In this document: in pieces, positions 13,601 through 26,413 of the stretch
How positions within the stretch are numbered: the first letter of the stretch is position 1
Layout of the letters: the number at the start of each line of letters is the position of its first letter
Assembly: GCA_905178155.1 (NCBI GenBank)
Contig: CAJINV010000002.1
Span: forward strand, 10,710,709 to 10,774,708
Length of the DNA: 64,000 bases
Direction of reading: 5' to 3'
DNA from: Amoebophrya sp. A120
Taxonomy: Eukaryota; Protista; Dinoflagellata
The notes under the pieces: generated by a model
Databases searched by the model: none
What the model was told of the DNA's origin: nothing
The model's input: only the letters and a program-made list of their open reading frames with translations
Position numbers and translations under genes: made by a program

Positions 13601-16600
13601 GGAGCACCAGTTAAGCGCACGACTTAGGCGCACCACTAAGGCGCACCACTTAAGCGCACTACTTAGGCGCACGACTTAAGCGCGCCACTTAGGCGCACTA
13701 CTTAGGCGCGCCACTTTTTAAGCGCACGACTTAGGCGCACCACTTTTTAAGCGCACTACTTAGGCGCACGACTTAAACGCACTACTTACGCGCACGACTT
13801 AAGCGCACCACTTTTTAAGCGCACCACTTCAGCGCAGCACCAAGGCAAGGCACTCACTAAAGCGCCCAGTCAGGCAAAACGCAGCCGATCTGTTGGTGAG
13901 GCAGCCAGCCAGGCAAAACTGCGAAGAAAGGCCCCGTAACTAACACGAAGGGTTTGTCATTTTTTTTTTTTCATTCTCCGAGGAACGCCCGGGAAAGTGG
14001 ACGGGGGCCGGGAGAAGGGGCTTTCTTACGGGGATCTCGTGCTGCTGGACCTGGACGCTAACAATGAGTGTGACAACGAAAACGCTAACAAAGACTTCGA
14101 GGAGAATCCCCAACGTTCGAACGCCGACCGAAAGAGGGGTCTTTGCCAGGAAGATCTCCTCTTACTGGATTTGCAGGCAGGGAAGAACTTTCAGAAGCTG
14201 CTCGAAAATATCGCCGCTGACCCGCAGGGCGAGGAGGGTCGCCAACCGCTGTTGCCACGAAAGCACCGGCCCGCCTGCGACATCGCCAACCTGGCCTCGC
14301 TCGAAGAGGATGGCAAGAACAGCGCCGAGGACGCGCCAGTGGATGTGAAGGACCGCGACCCGGGCTTGACTTCTTTCTCCAACAACCATCACAGCAACAT
14401 CAAGGCCAAAACGGAGATTGACTTTTTTGTTTCTCTTCCCACGAGCTCCATGTGGTTCTCGTTGCTGGTTATCCTGATCAGTTTAGCCTGCGCTTTCACC
14501 ACCGATCACGTGGTTGAGGCATTTGTGTGGTTGTTTGCGGAGACGATTAATCTGCTGGCCGGCATTATGACACCTAACATGGACCAAGGGTTCCGCAATG
14601 CGCAGAAAAAGGCGTGCCGGCGCCTGTTCAAGTCCAAGTACAAGATCCGCTCGCTGCAAAGCCGGAACCTGGTCGCCGCGGGAAAAATAGAGGTGCAGTG
14701 CTTCGATAAGACCGGGACTTTGACCCACGGGCACATGGACTTCTACGGCGTGTGTCGGTTCGTCGGGCCTGACGACGACGAGAAAGGGTCTGCGTCGTCA
14801 TGTAAAACACCAGTAGACCACGACGGCGTCAAGGGAAAGAACTTTTCTTTGAAAACCGAGAAAGTCGATGTGCGGGAAGCAAGTTTCATCGAAGATTTGG
14901 CGGGGCCAGTACCTGGACATAGCATGCCTAGCTTTTCGTTTTCGCATCCGACCAGAAGCACGACTACACCCGCAAGTACGATGAAAGTTTTGGGCGAGTC
15001 GACTCTGCTGCACGTGGGCCTTGCGTGTTGCCACACCGTAGTGCCAGTGGTGGAGAAGGCCGTGAACGGGGAGGTCACGTATTTGGGAAACGCACTGGAG
15101 TCTGAGATGGTCAAGCACATGTGCAATTTATATGAAGTGCAGTATTCGCAAATCGAAGAGGGCCAGTATGACTACTTTTCTACGGCGGGAACTACAACCG
15201 TGTGCGATAAAAGCGCTTCACGGTCTCCATTACGGCGTGGTAGCAACGGTGGGCATGCGATCGCAAGACCTATTGCAACACCTGCAAGAAGTAGGGCCGG
15301 AGCGGAGGCCGGCGCAGGGAATACTCCATCGAGAAAAAAGCTTTTCAGTGTCATTCGACAGTTTGATTTCGATCAGGCGACGCAGCTGCAGAGCGTGGTG
15401 TGCAAGGTTGGTGAGAAGAACTTTGCCTTCGTGAAGGGCAGCTTCGAGGCGGTGGAGAAATTGATTTCGCCGGCGGTACATCATAAGAGTAAAATTGGCG
15501 GTGCCGGCACACCCGCGTGCGCGAGCCGCCTCGCCGCGGAAAGCCGTCGGCTCGCCCAACAAGGGTTTTACGTGATTGCGATGGCGTGCCGCCCGCTGGA
15601 GTGCTTTCGGGCCGCCGCGGGTCTCGCGGGCACGTTGTCCAGGGAAGAAGTTGAAGATCCGCTTTCGGATTGGCGGTTTCTCGGCTTCGTTCTTTTTCGC
15701 AACGACCTGCGACCGGACTCCAAGGACGCCGTTCTTGCATTGAAGGACGGCGGAATCCAGCCGGTGATTATCACAGGCGACAATTGCTGGGCCGCGTCCT
15801 ATATGAACTGCCAAAATGTCTGGGTCTGGAAACTTGTGATGCTGAGTGGCGTAGCATGAGGGGGCCACAAGTGCTAGCTCAGCATGACAAATTTCTGAGC
15901 TTGTAGGTGTTGCCTATTCTGCATGACAAACTGCGCTTCTGCATCGCAGAAAAACGGAGCTCTTGGGTAACGTGCATGACAGATTTAAGAGTCATGCCAG
16001 ACAAGCATGACAAACATGAACTCTTCCAACCCCAGACATTTTTGCATTTCATATCCTACGTGGCAAGGGCCAGCGGCTTCGTCGCCGCAGGGAACAAGCA
16101 TACGAATAGTCGTGAAGATAATTTCGCGTCAACATCTTCGCTGTTGAGGACTTCCAGAAACAGAGATAGCAGTTGTTCCAACGTGGTCATCGTCACGCTT
16201 GATTTTTCCCCCACTCGGGAACAGCTGACGGTATACGAAAACGAAAAAGTCGCCTCGGAGTACGATGCCCCGGCCGGCGCCGTGGAACCCATCCTGCACG
16301 AGCTGTGGCGGCAGTATTGTGTCAGCACAAAAACTACTGTTTCTGCAAGTCGGGAAACAAAGACTTCGCGCGCGGGGGTCGTGAAGACGACCAGGATGTC
16401 GAACTTGGAGGAGGTAAGCGAAGAGTTCAACACAGATCATTCGATGGTCGTCGGTGATGAAGGCGACGGTGATGATGATGAAACAGGGGAACAAACCACT
16501 TTCCAGTTTGCGTTCACGGAAGCCACTTTTCGGTACCTGCTTGCTTTTCCGCACACTGCGGAGGACTACTTCCACGACATTGCGACGAGAGCCGTGCTAT

Positions 16601-19600
16601 CAAATGTAAAAGTGTCTGGGTCTGGAAGAATGAAACTTGTGATGCTGTTTCTGGATTCTAAGAAAATTAGTGTTGCATGACCAGCAAGAACGGTCCAGTT
16701 TGTGCTACGTGGAGAGGGCATTTCTCATGCGGAAGGCACATCAGGAAGCCCTCTAAAAGTCTGTGATGCTAGGTCATGCATTACAGGCATCAGGGGTCAT
16801 AAGAAATATGCATGACAAGTCTTGCATTCTTCCTGACCCAGACATTTTTGCATTTGATACGTGATCTGGTCGCGCATGACGCCGGTGGGCAAGATAGACG
16901 TGATCAAAGGTTGGCAAATGAATATCAAAATGAAAAATCCCCCCTCCCCATATTGAAAAGCTATGCTTCGGAAAATTTGCGTTGCTGATTTGAGCTCACA
17001 AATCGCATGTGTCTTGCAAGACGACAAGGGCAGAAGCGTCCGCCCCATTAGGGAAGCGATTTGCCATGCTGTTCGGCTTACAGGGGAGCCGTTTGCCATG
17101 CTGAGCAACTAGATCCCTACGCCCCCACCTAGCCTTGGGATCTGGCCGCAGTGCCTTCCTGCAATACAGAGCTGATTTGTGTACCCAAATCCAGCATCAG
17201 AAATTTCGTTTTGATATGGGGAGGGGGGATTTTTCCTTGCAATAATGAACTTTCGTAATTTGGTGCCGCCGGAAACTGCACCGGAGGGAGTGGGCGGTTA
17301 CAATTACGGCTCGGAAAACAAAGCAGCGTCAGCAGGATGGCCGTTGACCTGGCTCTTTTCCTGCTTTACTCCAAGAAAGAACACGAGCTCCTCGTCTGCG
17401 ATAGGCACAACCGCTCCGCAGCACAGAATCGTCGGTATGTGTGGTGACGGGGGGAATGATTGCGGCGCGTTGAAGCAAGCGCACTTTGGGCTCGCGCTGT
17501 CCGAGTCAAACGCTTGTCTGGTCGCACCGTTTTCCTCTCCCGCCGAGTCGGTGGGCGCTGTCGTGGAAGTGATTACGGAGGGGAGGGTGTGCGTGGAAAA
17601 CTGCGTCTCCATTTTCCAGTACTACATCGCGCACGCGTTGACACACACCATCACAAAGCCGATCCTGCAGTACTGGAACAGCTACATCTCGGAGTACGCG
17701 CTGCTCTGGAAAGATTTGATTGTGCTTCCCTTTATGGGCCTGGTGGCACTACCAAGTGGCGCGCCGAAGGAGATGCTGGTTGTGCAAACACAGGGACAGG
17801 ATGAAAGAAGAGCTGCGTGTACAACTTCACGTGCTAAAGATGCTGATTTAGAAAGGCTGCACAGCTATCCGTTTCAAACGGTGCCCGCCAACAAGCCGTC
17901 TAGACTGTCCTCTTGCCCCATCACTTTACCGATTCTTCTATCGCTGTTTTTGCAGGCGCTCGCAATGATTTTTCTGTACTTTTGGGAGAACTGCGCACTG
18001 GATTTGTTCAGTTTGAACATCGACTCGACCGACATGTGGATCCGCAGTTCCCACCGAAACGGGCAAATCATCGGCCTGTGCAACATCGAGCACGTGGTCG
18101 CGTCTGCGGTGTACTTTTCCCTGCAGAACTTCAATTTGGCGCAGCGCAAACTGAATTGGCGGCTCCTGGTAGCGGTGCTGGTGTTAGGGCTGCTGCCGAT
18201 ACTATTCCTGTTGACCGCGAGCGCGGACTTTGAGAAAATGACCTACGCGGGTGGAAACAAGCCGAGGGTATTAACTTTGGGGCCTTCATCCGCGAGTGAG
18301 GGACCAGAGGGTCGTGGGGACATTTATGATATACCTGAATTGTACCGGCCTAAAAACCCGTCGATCGCCCAGGCTTTTCGGTGTCTGGTGCGGATCAATT
18401 GCGACGAAGAGAGCTCGATCTTGACAGCCAGATCGCTGCCGGGCCTGGATTTTTTCCTGCATGATCGACAAGTGAAGTCGGATCAGGTTTTTTTCACAGA
18501 GCAAGTGCAGTTCGATGGGGCGGAGGAAGGTGTTGCTGCATCTTCTTTTTCAGCCGAAGAGAAGGATTTTTATCGAGTCAGCGCCGGCGAGGAACCGGAT
18601 TTTCTGTCCACCAAGTCCTACGACTCCTACACTCGGCTCAAGTACGGCGCTCTGAAGGACTTTTTTTCACCACCTGATGAACTCACACGCACACAAGTCG
18701 AGCCGGAACCCCAGCCTCGCTCGTTCCTTGCAGCTCGCGACTTTGTCGTGAGTCCGCATGCGGGAGGTTCCGGAACCGTGGTTCAAGAAAATCGTCGCAG
18801 AGCGCTTACGTTGACCCCGCCCGACACCTTCTTCGCTGTTGCCGCTGCATCTGTTCCGACGTCTCAGGTCACGGTCACGTGGAAGACCTGGCTCGGTCGA
18901 GCGCAGGCGTCGTTTTTCGAGTCTTCGCAACGGGGTCAGAGCAGGAGCTCCGCGTTGTTTGGAGAGGACGCACAAATGTTCAACGCGGTGGAAGTCTCGC
19001 TGTCGCGCACGGGGGACATTCCCGTTGTGCGGATCGCGGTGGAGCTCAGGGATTTCGTCGACATGGACGACGAAGAGTGGGCGGCGATGGACGAGGACGA
19101 GCGAGACCTTGCGGGGGAGAAGTTTTTGGGCCAGCAGGACTGGATGCTTTACCTCTGCCAGCAAACTTGTCTACTCTCGCGCGGATTTGCAGTCGGGGGC
19201 GGTGGTCAGGGGCGTGCTAGGAGCGACGACGAAGATGGCGCAAGTACCGCTGCGTCGTCGCGTGCGAACGTCGACGATTTCTACTGTCACTACGTCGGGC
19301 TGCAAATGCACCCGTCTTACGGCTTATTTCCTCGCCCACATGCTGGACCCTCGTGCTTCCTGTTTTCGCGCGACAATCCGGCGCATACACGGCCGACAGG
19401 ACCAGAGCATCCGTATTTTTTGCAAGACCATTACCACCAAGAGGTGGCTGAAACGAGCAGCACTGCGGTCGTGTCGGACGCGCATAGGAAGTGGATCCCT
19501 GTCCCGTACAGCAATAGGCACACCAACGGGCTGCAAGGAACAAGTCCAGTTGGCTTGCCGCAACGCAAGAAAAGGCCAGTGCCAGTTCGACTGTTCAAAT

Positions 19601-19809
19601 CGAACCCTACAAATGTTTTCGGAGCAAAAGGCGTCGCGCGCGGCGGCCCCGGGAGCTTCACCTTAGCAGGGAACCAGGGCCGCGATTTGACCATGCCAAC
19701 CGTACTGCTGTCGACACTAGTTACCACACCGTTGCTGATCACGGTGTTGATATACGTTTTCGCGGTTCTTGCGGGTGGAGGACCTCGGAAGGAACAGAGG
19801 TTTTTGTAG
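10640..19809 (+). CDS. P5-type (ATP13A-like) P-type ATPase, multi-exon
   Basis: [26 protein letters not shown] (14705-14725), [17 protein letters not shown] and [22 protein letters not shown] motifs; interrupted by an in-frame TGA at 11927, a minisatellite-containing intron ending near 13982 (donor unresolved) and three TIR introns. Confidence 0.9.
12760..13850. repeat. Intronic compound minisatellite: degenerate lead-in, about 12 copies of 15 bp (aagcacttaagcgcg), then about 48 copies of 13 bp (cttaRgcgcacNa)
   Basis: Directly visible: 15-mer array about 12985-13172, 13-mer array about 13198-13835. Confidence 0.95.
15802..16053. mobile_element. TIR introner/MITE, family B (252 bp), TSD TCCTA
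   Basis: tatgaactgccaaaatgtctggg...cccagacatttttgcatttcata; tccta on both sides; removing 257 bp restores [16 protein letters not shown]. Confidence 0.92.
16598..16859. mobile_element. TIR introner/MITE, family B (262 bp), reverse orientation, TSD CGTGC/CGTGA
   Basis: tatcaaatgtaaaagtgtctgggtctggaagaatg...cattcttcctgacccagacatttttgcatttgata; removal restores AV(I/L)WSRMTPVGK, the equivalent of the VFARMxPxQK motif. Confidence 0.92.
16923..17244. mobile_element. TIR introner/MITE, family C (322 bp), TSD ATGAA
   Basis: tat...gaaaaatcccccctccccatattgaaaa / ttttgatatggggaggggggatttttc...ata; atgaa at 16918-16922 and 17245-17249; removing 327 bp keeps the frame. Confidence 0.92.
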
Positions 19810-20768
19810 GTTTGAACTCGTCGTGGTCCGCAACGAACGGAACACATAACTGCAGATCCATATGAAAAGAATTTCGCTATTTTCTTGCGCAGCAAGAAGC
19901 GAACGAGCATGGCCAAAAATCAAACGATATACAATTAGTGAAACGGGAAAACTAGTTCAGTGAAATTTGCAAATATCGGACTTAAGCATGCACAAGCATG
20001 TACTCAGAAAGGTGGAAAAGGTAAGCTATAGCATCTAACGATAATTTAATCGCAGAAATCAGTTCATTTTTTTTCTAGTTAGTTTTCGAAGGCGCTACCA
20101 TAAAAGCCATAGGCACGCGCGCGGTGCTTGGTTTCAAAGGTAGAATTATGTATGATGTCAATTATCACGCTTTGGCTCTTCTTTAACTGGCATTCGTCCA
20201 GGCGAAGAGTCGCGCTGCATCAAACAATTGTCGAGAGCTACTTCCAACCTTTGCAGTAGCAGTTGCAGAAATCGCTTGCATTGTAACACCAATATCTATG
20301 TCGGAGTACGGCCACAAAATGCACACGCACTTTGTACAAAAGTTCTCTCGTCCACCCCTCTGTGAAGAAGCTTCGCACCGACAGAGTTCTTTGTGAGCTA
20401 GTACTGCTCGCTAGTTTTTCGTATTTTGATGTATGCAGTCGTACCCAATGCTGGCACGATGATGATGGCGCATGGAGCCAGTACCGCTCTTCTTGTTGCG
20501 GCTGTGTACCTGAAACGAGAGCGTTGGCGCAGACGGCCAACACCATTACGACTGCAAAAACAAAAAGAGAGAACTGAGGAATGGTTGAAGCGTGAGGGAT
20601 GTACTGGAAAGTTTCTTACTGCCGCTCGTCAGACACGAGCGCATGAGCTCTCTCCTGTTTCTGATTTTCTTTCATCTTGCGTAGAAGTTACAGGCTGCGG
20701 GACACTAGACAAGAATCAGCGCTCAGAAGATGTAATCGCAGCGTTCGCGCAAGATCGCGCACCGGGAA

Positions 20769-22100
20769 ATGACGCTGCTTTTGCGCAGCAGCGGGTCATG
20801 GGCGAAGCGGTGCACGTACCAGAGGAACGTCGGCGTGTTGGCACTGCTTGCAGGATGTTCATGTGGAGCATTGCTTGCAGACGCAGTCCACGTCGCGCCA
20901 CGCTCCGCCTCACTCCTGGCGTCCGAAAACAATAATGTTGCGGCCGTGGAGCGGCAAAACATTTTCTACCAAAACCAGGGCCTCGATTGGCAGTACGGTT
21001 CTTGCCACGACTTGCGCGTCGATCACCAGTCGCCCGTGAATTTCGACGCGCGATGGACGACGAACAGTTACCCAACCGAACGAATTCAAAATTTCACGAT
21101 CCACTATCCGGTGCTGGAGCCGAAGCTGGCACTCAACTGGACGGGCTCGGAGTTGGAAGTTTTGCTCCCGCCTAGCTACACTGGTCAGCTGCAGTGGAAC
21201 GGCGAAATTTACAAGCCGGTGAAGATTATCTTCCGCGCAAAATCCGAGCACACGCTGAACGGACGGAGGTTCCCTTTAGAAGCGCAGGTATTGCACGAGT
21301 CGGTGCTTCCTCCGGTAGTTCCGGGGGTGCGACCGTCCCGAGAAGCGGCCTCCGCAGACGGTTCTGTTTCAGATAGGGTTGTACCCCCGAAGATAAAGAC
21401 GGCCAGCCTCGTCGTCTTTTTCGACAGCGCTGCTGACGTTGACGAGGCCGCCGCTTTCACGGCCAAGGATAGCTCCGCCACGGACTACGACAACGAGTTT
21501 CAAAAGCTACTGGCAAATTTTCCGCTCCCCCAGCAATTTCCGAATGTTGTGAGGCAGACCGACGGGAACTTCGATTTACTAAGTGGGTTCAAGCTGGATA
21601 ACACGACCTATTTGCAATACGTCGGGTCCGGGACCTCGCCGACGGACGAGCAAGTGGTCATTCTCGACCCACGAAACGCGTCCAACAACACGATCGTCAA
21701 CACGGCGTGCAGCTCCGACCGGCTGTGGTTCGTGCAGCGCGAGGGGCCGGTGCTGGTTGCCAACTATCAAATACAGAATTTGGCGAACACGATCCGGTAC
21801 CTGAACGGGAAGCACGACAACTACCGTGCGTTGATGCCGTTCGGGCTCCACCGGCGCGTGCACGTGTTGCGGGCCTCCACGGAGTACCAGGCGACGCCCA
21901 GTGAGAACGCGCGAAACTACGAGATGATGCCGTGGGGCAAGAACCCGCGGACGGACGCCGAAGTGCGGGCGATCAAAGCGGCGCAGAACGCGAAAAAGTT
22001 TGCCAAAAAAGTCACGAAATACATCAAAGACGTGAAGCAAGCGCACTACGAGGCCGCGAAGGCATACCAGGACGCGATCGTGGAGGCCACTTCGCTCTAG
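20769..22100 (+). CDS. Alpha-carbonic anhydrase-like protein, probably acatalytic
   Basis: QSPVNF, SEHTLNGRRFPLEAQVLH, YLQYVGSGTSP..C...WFV and NYRALMP are alpha-CA signatures; the Zn-ligand His positions are substituted. Confidence 0.85.
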   Translation: MTLLLRSSGSWAKRCTYQRNVGVLALLAGCSCGALLADAVHVAPRSASLLASENNNVAAVERQNIFYQNQGLDWQYGSCHDLRVDHQSPVNFDARWTTNSYPTERIQNFTIHYPVLEPKLALNWTGSELEVLLPPSYTGQLQWNGEIYKPVKIIFRAKSEHTLNGRRFPLEAQVLHESVLPPVVPGVRPSREAASADGSVSDRVVPPKIKTASLVVFFDSAADVDEAAAFTAKDSSATDYDNEFQKLLANFPLPQQFPNVVRQTDGNFDLLSGFKLDNTTYLQYVGSGTSPTDEQVVILDPRNASNNTIVNTACSSDRLWFVQREGPVLVANYQIQNLANTIRYLNGKHDNYRALMPFGLHRRVHVLRASTEYQATPSENARNYEMMPWGKNPRTDAEVRAIKAAQNAKKFAKKVTKYIKDVKQAHYEAAKAYQDAIVEATSL

Positions 22101-22868
22101 ATAGGTTTGGGAATCTTCAGGGTTTGTTACCCTACATGTTCATCTTCTTTTCCAAGATCTGCAGACACGCAGAAAAAATATTTCCCTGAAAAGTGATCGT
22201 GTCGGTTCGAGTTGTGAAAATCGAATGCCAATGAAAGGACGCTGTGTGTTCAATGCCCATTCTTTCGCCATCGCGAAGTGTATACTGGTTAACTAGGCCG
22301 GACAGGAAAGCCAGGTGATTCGGACAGAGGAGTTAGTGTCGATAATTGCGACGATGCGTAGACTGAAAAAGTTTTTTTCGACGAAATTAATGTTGCCAAT
22401 TCAAGCGACTGATTCTCGCAGGGACCGAAGATCCTCTCGTTTTTTTAGGGACGACAGCACTACACGGCAACTTTTCCATCATACGCTCACTCAGCAACCT
22501 GAGCCGTAGTTTAGAGAATTCAACATCACTTGGTACCTTAGTTGTAGCCTGCTGAAACGCGGATGATGCCAGTGTCGTAAGTACGGAGAAAGCTTCCAAT
22601 GTCGCCACGCAGCACTCGTAAAGATTTCGCATGAAGGTTATCCATGACAAGAATTTTTGCGCACATGAACAACTGTAGCTGGTGGCGTGTGTTGTAGCAG
22701 GAAAAGCGCCTCCTATCCAGGCGAAGAATTTTTCAAGAAATGTCGTGAGAATTTTTTTGGATGCGAAAGGTTGATCGCGCACGACGCATGTCGATTCGGC
22801 CCACAGTGGCATTATTGAAATTTTAAAAATCAATCTTGCAAGTACGCCTAAGTGAGCCAAAGTCCATC

Positions 22869-24793
22869 ATGGTTCGCGAACAGCAGTACACCGGCAAAGT
22901 TGCGGCAGCCGACGACATGGGACCGGTGCCGACTTTGCATCTGCCGCTCCTGGAGGGGTGTCAAAACGACGACAGCCACGCCAAGACCGTTTCGACGACG
23001 ACTTCGGAGCTCGAAGACGACCAGAATTCCTCAAAGTTGAACAGTAAGGAGAGCGGAGCGGTCGGCGCTGCACCCGGCACCACGAGCAGCTCCTCCTCCG
23101 CCCCGAAGCGGGAAAAGGTGATCGATGACTCGCACATTTCTATTGACCGGCGGGAACCGGACCCCTGGCAGATCGTGGCCTTGAAGGTGATCTTCATTCT
23201 TCCATGGCGGTTTCTGGGCGTCTGTCTGTCCTTCCCGGTCCTGTTCCTCTTCTACTTTTGTGCGTGCGGGGAGTGGTACCTGTGGCGCAAGTTGTTCGGC
23301 AAAATCCGGCCCGTGCGGGAGTCGGTGCTGGGCAGCGCTGGGTGGCGCGTTTTTCTCTTTCTGAACGGCATCGTCGCGCGCGTGGAGTTCGAGAACAGCA
23401 ACGAAAACTACAACAACCTCCGCGACGCGCCCTTCACCGTCGCGAACCACGTCGGCTACCTCGACGGTGCGGTCTTGCCGACCTGTCTGCACCGCCCGCG
23501 TCCGGTGTTCATCAGCTGGGTTTTGGACGTGTTCATCATCGGGAAAATGGCGCGAGACCTGAACGGCATCCCCGTGGACCTGCGCAATTCCGCTTCCCGC
23601 CAGCAGTCGATGGAGCGCATCCAGCAGCACGCGAACGAATGGGCGAAGTACGACGAGTTCAAAAACGACAGTAGTTCCTCGGAGAACTACCACGCCAATC
23701 CCCGCGACGACCCGAAGTATCACAAGGCGCAGTCCTGTCTCATCTTCCCGGAGGGCGGGTGCTGCAACGGGGACAGGTTAGGCACGTTCAAGAAAGGCGC
23801 CTTTCTCTCGAAGCGAGAGGTCCGCCCGGTCATCGTGCACTGGACCTGCGTGTCACGGTGGAACACGGCGTTCACCGACTTCTACATCGAGAAGGACCAA
23901 GACACGGCGGAGCAGAAGCAAATCGTCGAAAAGTTTTGCGACGCGGACGAGATTCTTCAGGAGGTGCTCGACGCCAACAGCAGCAACGTAGAAGTGATCG
24001 TGGACAAGAAGAACAAGCAAGCGAAAAGCGACAAGACCTCGGTCGCGGATGACCAAGAGCCCCGACTGCGGTTTGTTTCCTCCAGCACAGCCGCGTCCTC
24101 GAGACCGTCCACGGCCCAGCTGCTGCAGCCGGAGTCCTTCCTTGTCAGACAGAACAACATCCCCATGAAAAAGTACAGCTTCGCCCGCTGGTTTCTCCGG
24201 TACCTGTGCGAGCCGTATTTCCTCGTGCGGTTGAAGTTATCCTGTGCAAAAGTATCGTACTCGTACTAATTGCAGATATGCATGACAAATCGAACTTTCT
24301 ACCTGAAATAGCATGACAAGTTGCATTTTTGTTCTTGGGAAAATTTGTAATGCAATTTATACTAGTACGATGCTTTTGCATTGCATAGAAGTGTTTACCG
24401 ATTTACTTCCCCAACGAACAGGAGAAAGAAGACGCAGAAGTCTACGTATCCTGAATAAAAACGTACCCACACCATAGTTGTCATGCAACTCTGCATGCTT
24501 AAAATGTTTCTCATGCGGAGCCCCCTGAGAAGCATTTTCTAATGCGGTTTTGAAATTTGTCATGCTCCAATCAGCACGAGATACTAGATCTGTAATGCTT
24601 CTAAACTAGCTCAAACAGCACTACACTACGCGGACAAACTTGTCATGCCAAACAACCAAAGCTGGCTGATTTGTCTAGCAGATTCCCCATCCTGACTCTG
24701 GTGTGGGTACGTTTTTACTCACGATACTACGCGGCAAACATTCAGCGACTGATGCAGCGGGAGTACCAGCATCTGCGAAAGCAACAATTGTGA
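22869..24793 (+). CDS. Lysophospholipid acyltransferase (PlsC/LPCAT family), with two non-canonical TIR introns near the 3' end
   Basis: NHVGYLD, IFPEGGCCNG, FKKGAF, VRPV; after both elements are removed the C-terminus reads LKCLPIYFPNEQEKEDAEVYAANIQRLM, the LPCAT LPxYxPxxxEKxDxxLYAxNV motif. Confidence 0.9.
24238..24387. mobile_element. TIR introner/MITE, family D (150 bp), TSD GAAGT
   Basis: tatcctgtgcaaaagtatcgtactcgtactaattgca versus reverse complement of the end tatgcaatgcaaaagcatcgtactagtataaattgca; gaagt on both sides. Confidence 0.92.
24447..24726. mobile_element. TIR introner/MITE, family E (280 bp), TSD CTACG
   Basis: tatcctgaataaaaacgtacccacacca / tggtgtgggtacgtttttactcacgata; ctacg at 24442-24446 and 24727-24731. 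Confidence 0.93.
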
Positions 24794-26413
24794 TAAAACT
24801 GCGAGTCAGCGTCAGGAGGAGAGTAATTGACCAGGTTTCCTGAGTCTGTGCGTTGTGTGTTGGTCGTGCTTGCAAGCAGCTTGCTTAGTGGTCTTTTTCA
24901 TTTATTCGCGTCACTAATGAGGCGTGCGCGCAGCTCCTTTCTTTTTACAGAGCACACGCAGCAGACTACTTATGATAATATACCAGTGTTTGCGTAGCAG
25001 AGCTTCCACTTCCAGTCGATTCAACTTCTCTGTTGTGTTTGATGCCAGAAGGTCGAGCGCACAGCACATTCGTTAACGAACAGAGTTCTATGCGCCGATG
25101 TTGCTGGCTTTGCACAGAATTGCGACAACAGCAGAACAGAGGGATTTGTTACGGGGCGGGCGAGTAAGAACCGCTAGCGCTTGAGGCAAGAAATTCTTCT
25201 TTAGAGAACGCTGAGGAAGGAAATCTTGCACCCGCCGAAGATACTTTACGTAGATATGGGGATAAGTCTTTCTCACATTGTACCTGTAAAAAAATGTCCA
25301 GCGACACACCGAACTTGAAACAATGGAAAATCGTCAATGGTGCGTATTTCTCATTCTCACGCGATTATCGATATCAACACAGGGCGCTGTAGGGGAAAGG
25401 CGTTTCTTCCTCCTGAACGGTAATGCAAATGACGGATTGTGGTCATCTACATAGATGTTCTCTCGACCAAAGGATATTTTTTTTTAGCCCGACAACAAGA
25501 TCATGTCGCGTACCCTGTACTGAGAACGACGATGCAACAGATAGACTTAAAGGCAGCACGTCGGAAGATCTACAACGTAGCTGTCGTGTCTAAGGCTACC
25601 CTGTGTCTGAGTTACCAGTACCGGTGCTCACTCGAGCCAGACTCTAATTATAGTAACGTGGCGATGCCCAGACTTTGGCATTAGCCTGGACGTTGCGACT
25701 GAAACGAAAAGACATCACGATGATCCACGGAATTCGGCCGCTGTCCTTTTGCGACTTGCAATATGGAATCACAAAGTGCCAGTAGCTAACAGCGACGCAA
25801 TTCTCCAGTAAGATAGGATACTTACTTCATCATCGTCGCGGTCACCTTCTCAGTCATATTTTAGCTGAATACACGGAGTCGAGTAAAGTAAGGCACTAAG
25901 CGAAAGACGTCATTCTGTCTAGTAGTCAACTAGTGAGTTCTTGAAAGCGGTTCGGTGCAGAGCTCTAGACTGTTTCAGTACGACAAGGGAACTGTTCGAC
26001 GCATTTTTTTTTAGCTGGTCGGAAAAGTGAAAGTCAAAATCTGCATGTGACGATGCAAACAAGTTCATCTGTTATCGCAACCGCCCAGCTAGGGTCATAG
26101 AAATAGCAACTCTGCCGTCGCCGAAGCTAAAGCTAGAGCAAGAATCTGAAGATTGTTTGAGTATGGCTCTAAGTAGTTTTTTCAAGCCTAAGCTCTGTAG
26201 AAACGGATCATGAAGATGCTTGAGCATTCGGGCGTTGCACCTCCGGCTGTCACATCTGTACGAAGCGGCGAAGTGGGATTGAAGTCTTTTCTCCGGTAAG
26301 AAAACTTTTTCGAGCTGCAAAAGGTGTGTACAAAACCCGAAGGCGAGGCAGGGCGAGTAAACAATTCATCTCGTTGTAAATCCTTCACAAGGAGAGTGTG
26401 GAGTATCTGCAAG

